Assembly (NCBI GenBank): GCA_035708725.1
Contig: DASTFH010000151.1
Location: 3,783-67,782, forward strand
Length of the DNA: 64,000 nucleotides
Direction of reading: 5' to 3'
From: Gemmatimonadales bacterium
GTDB lineage: Bacteria; Gemmatimonadota; Gemmatimonadetes; Gemmatimonadales; GWC2-71-9
A program made the position numbers and the translations under genes. Shown piece by piece: positions 35,954-44,078 of the stretch; position 1 is the stretch's first letter, and every line of letters starts with the position of its first letter. Under the pieces are notes generated by a model. That model had not been told where the DNA came from and did no database searches. It saw nothing but the letters and a program-made list of their open reading frames with translations.

Positions 35954-37690
35954 CTATCTCGGCTCGCCCACGAGCAGATGACCTTGCACGCTGCCGATCC
36001 GGAACGAGTCGCTCTGGCCAAAGACGTAGATATCATTGAGCGCGAGCATCAACCGCACTGGGCCGGCGGAGCGTTGGCTCATGAGTTGCCGGGCTCGGCT
36101 GGAGCTGTCGGCTGCCAGCCAGGCGCGGTACATCGAGTCGACGTGGAAGCGCACCGGGGCAGCACTGTCCACGCGGACCTCCAGCCAGGTGCGCGTGGAG
36201 TCCCGGGCAATGTGTATCGCATGAGTTCCGGCATGGGTGGACGTCGTGTCGGCCGGGAACTCGAGCGGCACCATCCAGTCGTATCCCGATACCGGCACTG
36301 CCTGTCCGCGCGGCAGTTGCGCCGGCTCTCGCGTGTTGGGCGATCGTGCGCTCAAGGCCGAGTATTCCACGCCCTTGAGCGCCAGCAGGCGGGTGGCAAC
36401 GCTGTCACGCAGAGCCCACGAGCTCTTCGCCAGTTCCGCCCCCGCAAGCGCCGAATCGCCGAAAATCCGCTTCACGGCGTCCCGGGCATCGTATTGCAGC
36501 AGGAATCCGAGCGCAGCGCTTGCCTCGCGTGCACGATCCGGTGTCTGGTCATCACTGGCGAGGAGCTGGGAGAGTCGCTCGGCCTGGCTGTTGATCGATA
36601 GGTTACGCACGCCGAGTGGTCCGCCGAAGCAGACCGCCAGCACGGCGGCTAGCGAGAGCGGAATCGTCCGGATGCTCGTGCCACGGGAAATAGTGTAGAG
36701 CACCGCGATGCCAAGCAGCCAAATGCCCAGCACCAGGCCAAGAGTGCGGAGCGGCGTGAGGCCGTACGGCTCGACTCGCTTCCAGAGCGCAAGCAGCAGC
36801 ATGATCGCAGCCGGAATCAGCCCGATGAACAGCCCCCGCGCATACAGGCGGATCCACCCCTCGTCGGGGAGCGAGCGCAGCGGGTGCACGAGCAGGAAGC
36901 CAAGCAGGCCCGCGACCGAGACGCTGGTCACCAGATAGCCGATCCATCCGTTGGGCCATTCGCTGGTCGCGATGATCTTGCCCAGGTAGATCACCAGGAT
37001 GACCAGATAAATGGCGACGAGCGGCGTGAGCACGTACTGCGTGAAGATCTTGAGCGCCCGAGGATAGGTGCGGAACTCCAGCTCCTCCGCTTCATCGGGC
37101 ACACCGGCCAGGAAGATCCACGGATGCACCAGGAAGGCCATGATGAACCAGAGCCTCGGGTATGCATCATCCGGCATGGGAAGATTGAACAGCTTGTCGA
37201 GTGCCAGCAGCGCCACGGCAAGCCCGGCAAAGAGTACCGCCGCGAAGACCGCGGCGCGCAGGAAGCTCTCGAAGAGGCGTCGGTTGTACTGCCAGAAGGC
37301 CGTGGTCTCCCGCCCCTGGATGAACGGCAGCACGGCGGCAACGAGGTGGAGGATGGCAGCGAGCTGGAGGAAGCGGACCATGTCGCGGTCCTGTGCCGGC
37401 CCCGGCCACGTAAGGAAGAAGAGCACCAGCACCAGGAGCCCCGCCGCCTGCCACAGCGCCTGGCGGGCGACGCTCCAGCCGAGGTAGCGTGCGCGCAGGG
37501 CGAAGCCAACGGAGAGCGGCAGCCCCAGCAGCGCCACCATGGCGATGCGCCACTCGAGGTCATGACCGGAGCCATCTACCGCCGCGACCGCGAACCCGGC
37601 CGCGATCGCGCCGAGCGCCAGCGTGAGCGGGAACCGGCGCGCGACCTCGCCAGCACGTTCGGTCAGGGCCGCAATGGATGGGAAGCGCAT
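35954..37690 (-). CDS. Polytopic membrane protein (DUF4153-like)
   Basis: ATG at 37690 (verified, in frame), about 12 TM helices, then a soluble C-terminal domain. The family assignment is from memory only. The ORF-track extension to 38242 is rejected. Confidence 0.5.
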   Translation of the reverse strand: MRFPSIAALTERAGEVARRFPLTLALGAIAAGFAVAAVDGSGHDLEWRIAMVALLGLPLSVGFALRARYLGWSVARQALWQAAGLLVLVLFFLTWPGPAQDRDMVRFLQLAAILHLVAAVLPFIQGRETTAFWQYNRRLFESFLRAAVFAAVLFAGLAVALLALDKLFNLPMPDDAYPRLWFIMAFLVHPWIFLAGVPDEAEELEFRTYPRALKIFTQYVLTPLVAIYLVILVIYLGKIIATSEWPNGWIGYLVTSVSVAGLLGFLLVHPLRSLPDEGWIRLYARGLFIGLIPAAIMLLLALWKRVEPYGLTPLRTLGLVLGIWLLGIAVLYTISRGTSIRTIPLSLAAVLAVCFGGPLGVRNLSINSQAERLSQLLASDDQTPDRAREASAALGFLLQYDARDAVKRIFGDSALAGAELAKSSWALRDSVATRLLALKGVEYSALSARSPNTREPAQLPRGQAVPVSGYDWMVPLEFPADTTSTHAGTHAIHIARDSTRTWLEVRVDSAAPVRFHVDSMYRAWLAADSSSRARQLMSQRSAGPVRLMLALNDIYVFGQSDSFRIGSVQGHLLVGEPR

Positions 37691-37704
37691 GATGGCTCCT
37701 TGGT

Positions 37705-37815
37705 GGTCGAGGAGTCGAGGGGTCGAGCAGTCAAGGAACCTACCTCGACCTCTCGACTCCTCGACCTCTCGACGGCTCAACCTCTCGACCCCTCGACGTC
37801 TCGACCTCTCGACCG
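37705..37815. repeat. Hairpin array of GTCGAGG-type octamers
   Basis: Left arm GGTCGAGG AGTCGAGG GGTCGAGC AGTCAAGG. Right arm has nine CTCGACNN units ending at the DUF1634 stop codon. Confidence 0.85.
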
Positions 37816-38199
37816 CTAGCCACCACCAAACACCAGACTGAACACCAACACCGCCAGCACCACACTGGTAATAACCACGTACAGCCGGTCGCGCTGCAGC
37901 AGGAATGCAACCAGCGAGAACACTACCCGCGCAATGGGCGTCGCGATGAGCAGCACCAGCCCCAGCTGCACCACTGCCCGGCTGTCGAGGGCGAGCACGC
38001 CACGAACGATCCCGCCGATGCTGGTGAACTCTGCTGTCTCGCCGGTAAAGGTGCCGTAGCTGGCGGCCCGGCCGCCATGCTGCACCAGCACCGCGACGCC
38101 GCCTGCGACGCCCACCGCCGCGGCCAGCAGCACGCCAATGCGCAGCAGGTTGCCCACCACCTGCTCCACGCGATCGTCGCTCCAGCGCTCCCTTTCCAT
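37816..38199 (-). CDS. DUF1634 membrane protein
   Basis: 127 aa with 3 TM helices, in the usual position downstream of a TauE/SafE gene. Confidence 0.65.
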   Translation of the reverse strand: MERERWSDDRVEQVVGNLLRIGVLLAAAVGVAGGVAVLVQHGGRAASYGTFTGETAEFTSIGGIVRGVLALDSRAVVQLGLVLLIATPIARVVFSLVAFLLQRDRLYVVITSVVLAVLVFSLVFGGG

Positions 38200-39032
38200 T
38201 ACGCGCGTCCCATGATGCCCTTGTAGAGCATCTCGGCGGCAAGCACGACTACGACCGCCGTAAAGAGCAGGCGCAGGGCACGCGTCGGCGCGCGGCTGAG
38301 CACCCGCGCACCCACCAGCGCGCCAAGGAGGACGCCAAGCATCACTGGCAGTGCCAGGATCGGATCGATATAGCCTCGGCTCAGGTAGACGCCGGCGCTG
38401 GCGGCCGCCGTCACACCAATCATGAAGTTGCTCGTTGTCGTGGAAACCTTGAACGGCAAGTGCATGGCGCGGTCCATGGCCAGCACCTTCACCACACCGG
38501 AGCCGATACCGAGCAGGGCGGAAAGGATACCGGCGACAAACATCAGGCCGAAGCCGGTGGGCACGTTACGGACTTCATACGGCTGGCGTCCCGCCGGGGT
38601 GGGGTAGTCGGAGGCGAGCCGGAGCTGGCGAGCGAGAGGATCAGACGCGTCGCTGAGGTGCTCGGCGGGGGGCCGGAACGACTGGATCGCGGTGAAGAGC
38701 AGGACGATGGCAAAGATCACCGCGATGGCGTTGGGCGAGATCCATCCCGCGAGGTAGGCACCGGCGAGCGCGCCGATCGTGGTCGCCACTTCGAGCAGCA
38801 TGCCCACCCGGATGTTGGTGTAGCCCTCCTTCACATACGCCGCCGCCGCGCCGGATGAGGTCGCGATGACCGAGACCAGTGACGCGCCGATGGCGTAGCG
38901 CAGGTCCACGCCAAAGGCGATGGTGAGCAGCGGTACGATCACGATCCCGCCACCCAGGCCGGTCAGCGCTCCCAGCAATCCCGCCGCGAACGCGCCCAGC
39001 CCGACCAGCAGGCTCATGAGGAGGATGGTCAT
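38199..39032 (-). CDS. TauE/SafE family sulfite/anion exporter
   Basis: 8 TM helices with internally duplicated GxLxGLxGxGGG motifs. Confidence 0.8.
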   Translation of the reverse strand: MTILLMSLLVGLGAFAAGLLGALTGLGGGIVIVPLLTIAFGVDLRYAIGASLVSVIATSSGAAAAYVKEGYTNIRVGMLLEVATTIGALAGAYLAGWISPNAIAVIFAIVLLFTAIQSFRPPAEHLSDASDPLARQLRLASDYPTPAGRQPYEVRNVPTGFGLMFVAGILSALLGIGSGVVKVLAMDRAMHLPFKVSTTTSNFMIGVTAAASAGVYLSRGYIDPILALPVMLGVLLGALVGARVLSRAPTRALRLLFTAVVVVLAAEMLYKGIMGRA

Positions 39033-39173
39033 TGAAGGTGGAACCTAGCGCGCGACGTCACGCCTGTCCAAAGGGTGCGGAGCTTCCAAGACGCGATGCC
39101 GTCGCGTCCCTATTGTGAGGACTCACCCTAGTCGGCCGCCGCCCGTGCTGGGCGGGGCCGTGGAGATAATCTC

Positions 39174-39617
39174 GTGTCACGCCTTGCCTTGCTCACTGCC
39201 GCCGCCTCGCTCGCCTGCCTCGCGTCCTGCTCCGATTCGAATGGCCCCGACAACAGCGCCCCGCCCCCAGCCGCCGCGTCCGTCACCGCCACGACCGGCC
39301 AGACATTCACACCAGCCACCGTGCGGGTCGCCACCGGAGGCGTCGTAACGTGGGTCTTTCAGTCGCTGGGCCACAACGTGACGTTCACTGCCGCGACGGG
39401 CGCACCGGAGGATATTCCCGGCGTCAACTCCAACACCAGCATCGCCCGGACGTTCACGACCAGCGGAACGTTTGCCTATCACTGCACCATCCATCCCGGC
39501 ATGTCCGGCACGGTGCAGGTAAGCAGCTCGCCCGCGACGGTGTCGACATCGACGCCGGCGACCAGCAACCCGCCCACCAGCAGCGACGGTGATGGTGCGC
39601 TCCCGACCGGGTACTGA
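39174..39617 (+). CDS. Type-1 copper (plastocyanin/amicyanin-like) cupredoxin lipoprotein
   Basis: Lipobox LASCS. Candidate Cu ligands are GHNV ... YHCTIHPGM (His, Cys-x2-His-x2-Met). GTG start. Confidence 0.75.
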   Translation: MSRLALLTAAASLACLASCSDSNGPDNSAPPPAAASVTATTGQTFTPATVRVATGGVVTWVFQSLGHNVTFTAATGAPEDIPGVNSNTSIARTFTTSGTFAYHCTIHPGMSGTVQVSSSPATVSTSTPATSNPPTSSDGDGALPTGY

Positions 39618-40647
39618 CGCCGTGCTGGTGCTCGCGCTGATGCTGGCCGCCGCTCCGCTCGCGTCAGCCCAGAGCCTGCTGGAGCGCGGCCCCAATGTGG
39701 GCGGGCCCTGGGCCATTCCCACGGGTGTCGTCGAGTTCAACTTTTCGCACCGATTCAGCCGAAGCCCGGCGCCGGAGCGCAAGGTGACGGGGTATCCCAC
39801 CTTCCTGCTCGCCACCGGACTGCCGGGGCATGCGAGCGCAGGCGTGCGCTACAGCACCAACTCGACCCTCGTCAGTCGGTACCCGAACGAGTGGGAGTTC
39901 TTCGGGCGCATCATGCCGCTGGCGCAGACGCGGGGCGCGCCCATCGATGCGGCCGTGGCCGCATCGTGGAATCTTGCGGCCCGCGGGCCCGGCGCCGAGC
40001 TGTCGCTGGCGCGGACCGAAGGCCCGGCCCGTGTCATCGCGCTGGGCAGGATCATGGCCGATCCCGACAGCAGCGGCACCGACGCGGCATTTGGCGGCGG
40101 GCTGGTCCTGCGGCTCAGCCGGCATGTCGCGATCGCCGGCGATGCCGTCACCATGCTGCACCGGGACGAGGGCGAGCGCGTGGCGTGGAGTGCCGGGCTC
40201 CAGCTCGTCCTGCCCAATACGCCCCATACCCTCTCACTCCAGGTCTCCAACACCGCGACGACCACCATGCAGTCAGGCGCGCGCGGCACGGGCGACGTGC
40301 GCTTCGGCTTCGAGTTCACCATTCCCGTGACCCTCTCGCGCTACTTCGGCGGCGGGCATCCGACAGCTCCGGCCACCGTCGCGACCGACTCGGTGGTGGA
40401 AGTCCATATCAAGGATCTCAAGTTCACGCCCGCGGTGCTGCAGGTGCGCCAGGGCACGGTTGTGGAGTGGATCAACGATGATCCGCTGGACCACACCGTC
40501 ACGGCGTCGGACTCCTCCTTCGCCTCCGGGTTCATCAAGCCCGGAGCGCGGTGGCGCCACACGTTCACGAGTGCGGGAACCGTCACCTACGCCTGCACGC
40601 CGCACCCGTTCATGCACGGCGAAGTGCGGGTCGAGCGGGCACCGTGA
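39589..40647 (+). CDS. Beta-barrel-like N-terminal domain fused to an amicyanin-like cupredoxin
   Basis: Signal peptide, ~230 aa of alternating beta-strand pattern ending in FGFEFTIPVTL. Then a cupredoxin with DHTV ... YACTPHPFMHG. Confidence 0.6.
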   Translation: MMVRSRPGTDAVLVLALMLAAAPLASAQSLLERGPNVGGPWAIPTGVVEFNFSHRFSRSPAPERKVTGYPTFLLATGLPGHASAGVRYSTNSTLVSRYPNEWEFFGRIMPLAQTRGAPIDAAVAASWNLAARGPGAELSLARTEGPARVIALGRIMADPDSSGTDAAFGGGLVLRLSRHVAIAGDAVTMLHRDEGERVAWSAGLQLVLPNTPHTLSLQVSNTATTTMQSGARGTGDVRFGFEFTIPVTLSRYFGGGHPTAPATVATDSVVEVHIKDLKFTPAVLQVRQGTVVEWINDDPLDHTVTASDSSFASGFIKPGARWRHTFTSAGTVTYACTPHPFMHGEVRVERAP

Positions 40648-41051
40648 CGGGACGGGTGTGGGCTGTTCTTCTGGCGTCAGCGGCGACCGTGGCTTGCTTC
40701 TCGGCGCATGAGCCTTCCACCGACGCGGCCGGGGTCACCTGCGAGCGAGCCGCGCAGCCGGCAGGTCCTGACACCGCGTTTGTGACGATCCGGGACTTTG
40801 CCTTTCACCCGGCAGTGCTCACGGTGGCGGAGGGGACGACGGTGATCTGGGTGAATTGCGAAACGGCTGAGGGAATCCCCGGTCACACGACGACGAGCGC
40901 CACATGGGACTCACCCACGCTCACGCCGGGGCAGGGCTTCGCCTTCGTGCCCACGGCGGGGACGCACGCGTATCACTGTCGCCCCCATCCATTCATGGAA
41001 GGCAGCGTGACGGTGACGGCAGCTCAGCCGGTGGCGATCGCTCGGCGATAG
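40644..41051 (+). CDS. Amicyanin-like cupredoxin
   Basis: GTG at 40644 overlaps the upstream TGA (GTGA). Signal/lipobox-like VACFS; ligands GHTT ... YHCRPHPFMEG. Confidence 0.7.
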   Translation: MTGRVWAVLLASAATVACFSAHEPSTDAAGVTCERAAQPAGPDTAFVTIRDFAFHPAVLTVAEGTTVIWVNCETAEGIPGHTTTSATWDSPTLTPGQGFAFVPTAGTHAYHCRPHPFMEGSVTVTAAQPVAIARR

Positions 41052-41842
41052 CGCGCGGGCGTGATCCCGTACGTGCGGCGGAAGAGGTTGGTGAAATGAC
41101 TTTGATCGTAGAAACCGGCGCGCTGGGCCACCTGGGCCAGCGGCTGCGCCGAGTCGGCCAGGTCCAGCGATGCGCGCTCGAGGCGGAGCCGGCGCTGCAT
41201 GTCGCCAATCGAGCAGCCGAACGCACGCCGGAAGCCCCGCGCCAGCGTGGCCTGGTGCACACCGACCTGCTCGGCGATCGCGGCAATGGAGAGCGGGTCG
41301 GTCACGTGGGCGTGGATGATTTCACGGGCCTGCAGTGCCCAGCCCGGGCAGTCTCCCGGCCGCTGCCGGTCGCCGTTTCGCGCCAGCTGGACCACGAGCT
41401 CAAGCAGGAGCCCCTCCATGGCGAGCGGGGCCACAGTGTCGGTGTTCTGGAATTCACCGTAGAGCCGGCGCGCGATCGCCACTTCGGGTCCCGCAACGAA
41501 CTGCGCCTGGCGCTCCAGTGCCCGGTCGATCTCCAGGTCGCCGCCCAGCGCGGCCGTCTCCAGCTCGGCCATGAAGCCATGCACGTCACTGACATGGAAG
41601 CTGTTCCAGTGCCGCTCGCCCGCGGGCATGAACTTGAGGGATGAGGGATGGCAGTCGGCAACGTGTCCGGTGCTGTATTCCGAGAAGCGGCCACGCAAGA
41701 CGAAGCACATGGTCGGATCATCGTGCATGTGCCACGGAATCACGCCGCCGGCGCGGTGGGTGCCCTCGGTGAATTGTGCGCCCCGCACCGTGCGGCGCCG
41801 CAGCCGCTGATACTCATCGGGATGTGATGTGTCACGTGACAT
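41024..41842 (-). CDS. AraC family transcriptional regulator
   Basis: Cupin-like N-terminus and a C-terminal double HTH (AGFYDQSHFTNLFRRTYGITPARYR). Confidence 0.85.
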   Translation of the reverse strand: MSRDTSHPDEYQRLRRRTVRGAQFTEGTHRAGGVIPWHMHDDPTMCFVLRGRFSEYSTGHVADCHPSSLKFMPAGERHWNSFHVSDVHGFMAELETAALGGDLEIDRALERQAQFVAGPEVAIARRLYGEFQNTDTVAPLAMEGLLLELVVQLARNGDRQRPGDCPGWALQAREIIHAHVTDPLSIAAIAEQVGVHQATLARGFRRAFGCSIGDMQRRLRLERASLDLADSAQPLAQVAQRAGFYDQSHFTNLFRRTYGITPARYRRAIATG

Positions 41843-41957
41843 GCTTGCTCCGGACTATGCCGCTGGACCCGCTGAATCTGACGTCCTCCAGAAGCGCGCT
41901 TGCACAACCTGTAACAGCCGAAACATCTGAATGGTTCACGGATACCTGGAGGTGATG

Positions 41958-42938
41958 ATGCGAGTGATCCGCACTTTTACGGGGGTGGCGCTGGTCCTTG
42001 CCGGCGTTGCGGCCTGCGGCGGCTCCGATACGGGCACCAACCCGCCACCGCCGCCGCAGCTGGCCGTGGCCAAGGCGCCCTCAGCGAGTGGCGATGCCCA
42101 GGTCGGAGTCGTGGGCGCGCCCCTCGCCGACCCCATCAGGGTCCGCGTAACGGAAGGTGGAACACCCAAGGCAGGTGTGAGCGTGTCATTCGCTGCCGCC
42201 GGTAGCGGCGCGGGAGTTGACCCGGCCTCAGCGACCACCGACGCCGACGGCCTGGCCTCCACCGCCTGGACACTGCCTCACGCGATAGGCAACGCCACCG
42301 CAACTGCCACAGTGACTTCGGCAAGTGGTTCACCGGTGACATTCAGCGCGACGGCGACCGTCGGTCCGGCAACGCAGATGGCGGCATCCGGAGGGATCAA
42401 CCAGACGGGCACGGTCGGCGCAGTGCTCGCCTCTCCCTTCGAGGTGACGGTCACGGATCAGTTCGGCAATGCAGTCGCTGGAACGAGTGTGACGTGGGCT
42501 GTCACGGCGGGCGACGGATCCATTGCGCCGCCGGCTTCGACAACTTCTGCCAGCGGTACCGCATCGGCGTTGCTGACACTTGGTCCCGCGGCCGGCGCCA
42601 ACACTGCGACCGCGACATCCACGGGGCTTGCCGGGTCGCCGGTGACGTTCACGGCTGCCGGCGAAGCGATTCCCACGACCTCCGATGTGGCAGTGGGCGA
42701 TGACTTCTTTGATCCCGCCACGATCCAGGTTCCGGCCGGTACAACCGTCACCTGGACATGGAAGAACGGGGCCGCTTCCCACAGCGTGCAGTCGCTCGGC
42801 GCGCCCAGCTTCACGAGCAGTGCAATCATGACTGGCGGCGGCAGCACCTACTCCGTGACGTTCAACACACCGGGCACGTACAAGTACGACTGTGCCGTGC
42901 ACGGCACCGCGATGTCGGGGACGGTGATTGTGGAGTGA
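41958..42938 (+). CDS. Lipoprotein with Ig-like (Big_1-type) repeats and a C-terminal cupredoxin
   Basis: An extended SD GGAGGTGAT lies at 41948-41956 and the lipobox is VAACGG. Two ~90-aa Ig-like repeats follow (GSPVTF.A). The cupredoxin carries SHSV ... YDCAVHGTAMSG. The start could instead be 41955. Confidence 0.65.
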   Translation: MRVIRTFTGVALVLAGVAACGGSDTGTNPPPPPQLAVAKAPSASGDAQVGVVGAPLADPIRVRVTEGGTPKAGVSVSFAAAGSGAGVDPASATTDADGLASTAWTLPHAIGNATATATVTSASGSPVTFSATATVGPATQMAASGGINQTGTVGAVLASPFEVTVTDQFGNAVAGTSVTWAVTAGDGSIAPPASTTSASGTASALLTLGPAAGANTATATSTGLAGSPVTFTAAGEAIPTTSDVAVGDDFFDPATIQVPAGTTVTWTWKNGAASHSVQSLGAPSFTSSAIMTGGGSTYSVTFNTPGTYKYDCAVHGTAMSGTVIVE

Positions 42939-42948
42939 CGATCATCTT

Positions 42949-42988
42949 GCCGAGCCGCCGAGCCGCCGAGCCGCCGAGCCGCCGAGAA
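42949..42988. repeat. Octamer array (GCCGAGCC)4 GCCGAGAA
   Basis: Read directly, 11 nt after the stop at 42938. Confidence 0.85.
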
Positions 42989-43004
42989 GTCGGGTTCCGA
43001 ATCC

Positions 43005-43033
43005 CGGCCATGGTGGCTAGAATAGTTGCGGGA
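43005..43033 (+). promoter_or_regulatory. Weak candidate promoter for the small transcript upstream of the transposase gene
   Basis: TTCCGA, a 17-nt spacer, then TAGAAT (43028-43033), in a locally AT-richer stretch. The -35 matches only 3/6. Confidence 0.25.
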
Positions 43034-43064
43034 AGTGTTTCCGCCCAATGTTCCACCCTGCATG

Positions 43065-43141
43065 AAGGAGGTGATCCATTGTCTCGTGACAGTTGCATCG
43101 CATACTCGAATTGGGCAAACGGTCGCCTGGCGACGCGCTAA
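43065..43141 (+). other. 13-nt perfect anti-SD complement followed by a 20-codon TTG-initiated mini-ORF
   Basis: AAGGAGGTGATCC (43065-43077) is the exact complement of the canonical 16S 3' tail GGAUCACCUCCUU. TTG at 43079 opens MSRDSCIAYSNWANGRLATR, with the stop at 43139-43141. Confidence 0.35.
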
Positions 43142-43195
43142 GCACCAATCGGCAATGCGCCGTTGAGACGACGCGTTTCGAGATCGATGCCAACA

Positions 43196-43232
43196 GAAGG
43201 CGCCGTGTGATCACTGATCACACGGCGCCTTC
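43196..43232. repeat. Perfect 18-bp palindrome
   Basis: GAAGGCGCCGTGTGATCA-c-TGATCACACGGCGCCTTC, 28 nt upstream of the transposase ORF start. Confidence 0.9.
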
Positions 43233-43259
43233 CACGTTTGCGACCCGCCACTCGCGGAA

Positions 43260-44078
43260 ATGATCATGATACCGGTTGATGCCCGGTTTGGCTCGCCGTG
43301 CGAGATTCGCCGCCCTTCACTTTCTTCCGAGGCCGGCTTGTCTCGTCGATTCGAGCCTCTGGCAGATGACCGACAGTCCATCCGGCTCGATGGATATGAC
43401 TACGCGCGGGACGGCGCGTATTTCATCACGATGTGTGTCGCCGGGCGCAGGCGCATCCTTGGCCAGATTCGCAACGGGGTCGTGGTGCTGAGCGAAGCGG
43501 GGCGCATCGTGCGGGACGCGTGGGAACAGTTGCCTGCCCATTATCCCCATGTGCGGCTGGATGAATTCGTGATCATGCCCAACCACGTGCACGGCATCAT
43601 CATGTTAACGGGCGACGGCCAGGACGTGGGAACGGGTCCGGACGTGGGAATGGATCGGAACGTGGGAATGGATCGGGACGTGGGAACGGACCGGGACGTG
43701 GGAACGGATTGGGACGTGGGAATGGATCGGGAGGTGGGAACGGATCGGGAGGTGGGAACGGATCGGGACGTGGGAACGGATCGGGACGTGGGAAAGGTAG
43801 GGGCGGGTCTAAGACCCGCCCCTACGGCCGCCCGGGGTACCATCCCAACGTCACGCGGCGTCCCGATCTCGACCCGCGTCCACGCATTACCGGAAATCGT
43901 CCGCGCGTTCAAATCCTTCTCCGCGCGCGCCATAAACATTCACCGCGGTACACCGGGCGCCCGTGTCTGGCAACGGAACTACTACGAACGGATTATCCGT
44001 AACCAGCACCATCTTGAGCAGACCCGCCGCTACATTCGGGAGAACCCGACCAAATGGGGTGACGACCGGTTCCACTAG
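43260..44078 (+). CDS. HUH-Y1 transposase homologue (IS200/IS605 TnpA / REP-associated tyrosine transposase-like)
   Basis: The family N-terminal block SIRLDGYDYARDGAYFITMCV, the HUH motif MPNHVHGII and the catalytic Tyr helix HHLEQTRRYIRENP are all present. The start is uncertain (an in-frame TTG at 43338 is possible). The linker carries an expanded repeat. Confidence 0.75.
   Translation: MIMIPVDARFGSPCEIRRPSLSSEAGLSRRFEPLADDRQSIRLDGYDYARDGAYFITMCVAGRRRILGQIRNGVVVLSEAGRIVRDAWEQLPAHYPHVRLDEFVIMPNHVHGIIMLTGDGQDVGTGPDVGMDRNVGMDRDVGTDRDVGTDWDVGMDREVGTDREVGTDRDVGTDRDVGKVGAGLRPAPTAARGTIPTSRGVPISTRVHALPEIVRAFKSFSARAINIHRGTPGARVWQRNYYERIIRNQHHLEQTRRYIRENPTKWGDDRFH
43623..43802 (+). repeat. Ten tandem 18-nt units inside the transposase CDS
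   Basis: GACGTGGGAACGGATCGG-type units, translated as (DVGTDR)n, between the HUH and Tyr motifs. Confidence 0.9.
43799..43823. repeat. Perfect 12-bp palindrome inside the transposase CDS
   Basis: AGGGGCGGGTCT-a-AGACCCGCCCCT, translated as GAGLRPAP. Confidence 0.9.

Noticed and set aside
37691-38242. Extension of ORF 35954-38242 across the repeat array and the DUF1634 gene. Similar repeat-translating extensions occur at 28636-28776, 58999-59427 and 62158-62565.
   Set aside because: The extensions translate tandem repeats or another gene's antisense strand. Internal ATGs give proper signal/lipobox or family N-termini.
43065-43077. Fragment of a 16S rRNA gene on the minus strand (GGATCACCTCCTT).
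   Set aside because: The flanking sequence does not continue as 16S (no GCGGCTGGATCA context) and no other rRNA-like sequence is nearby. It is treated instead as an SD-like element.
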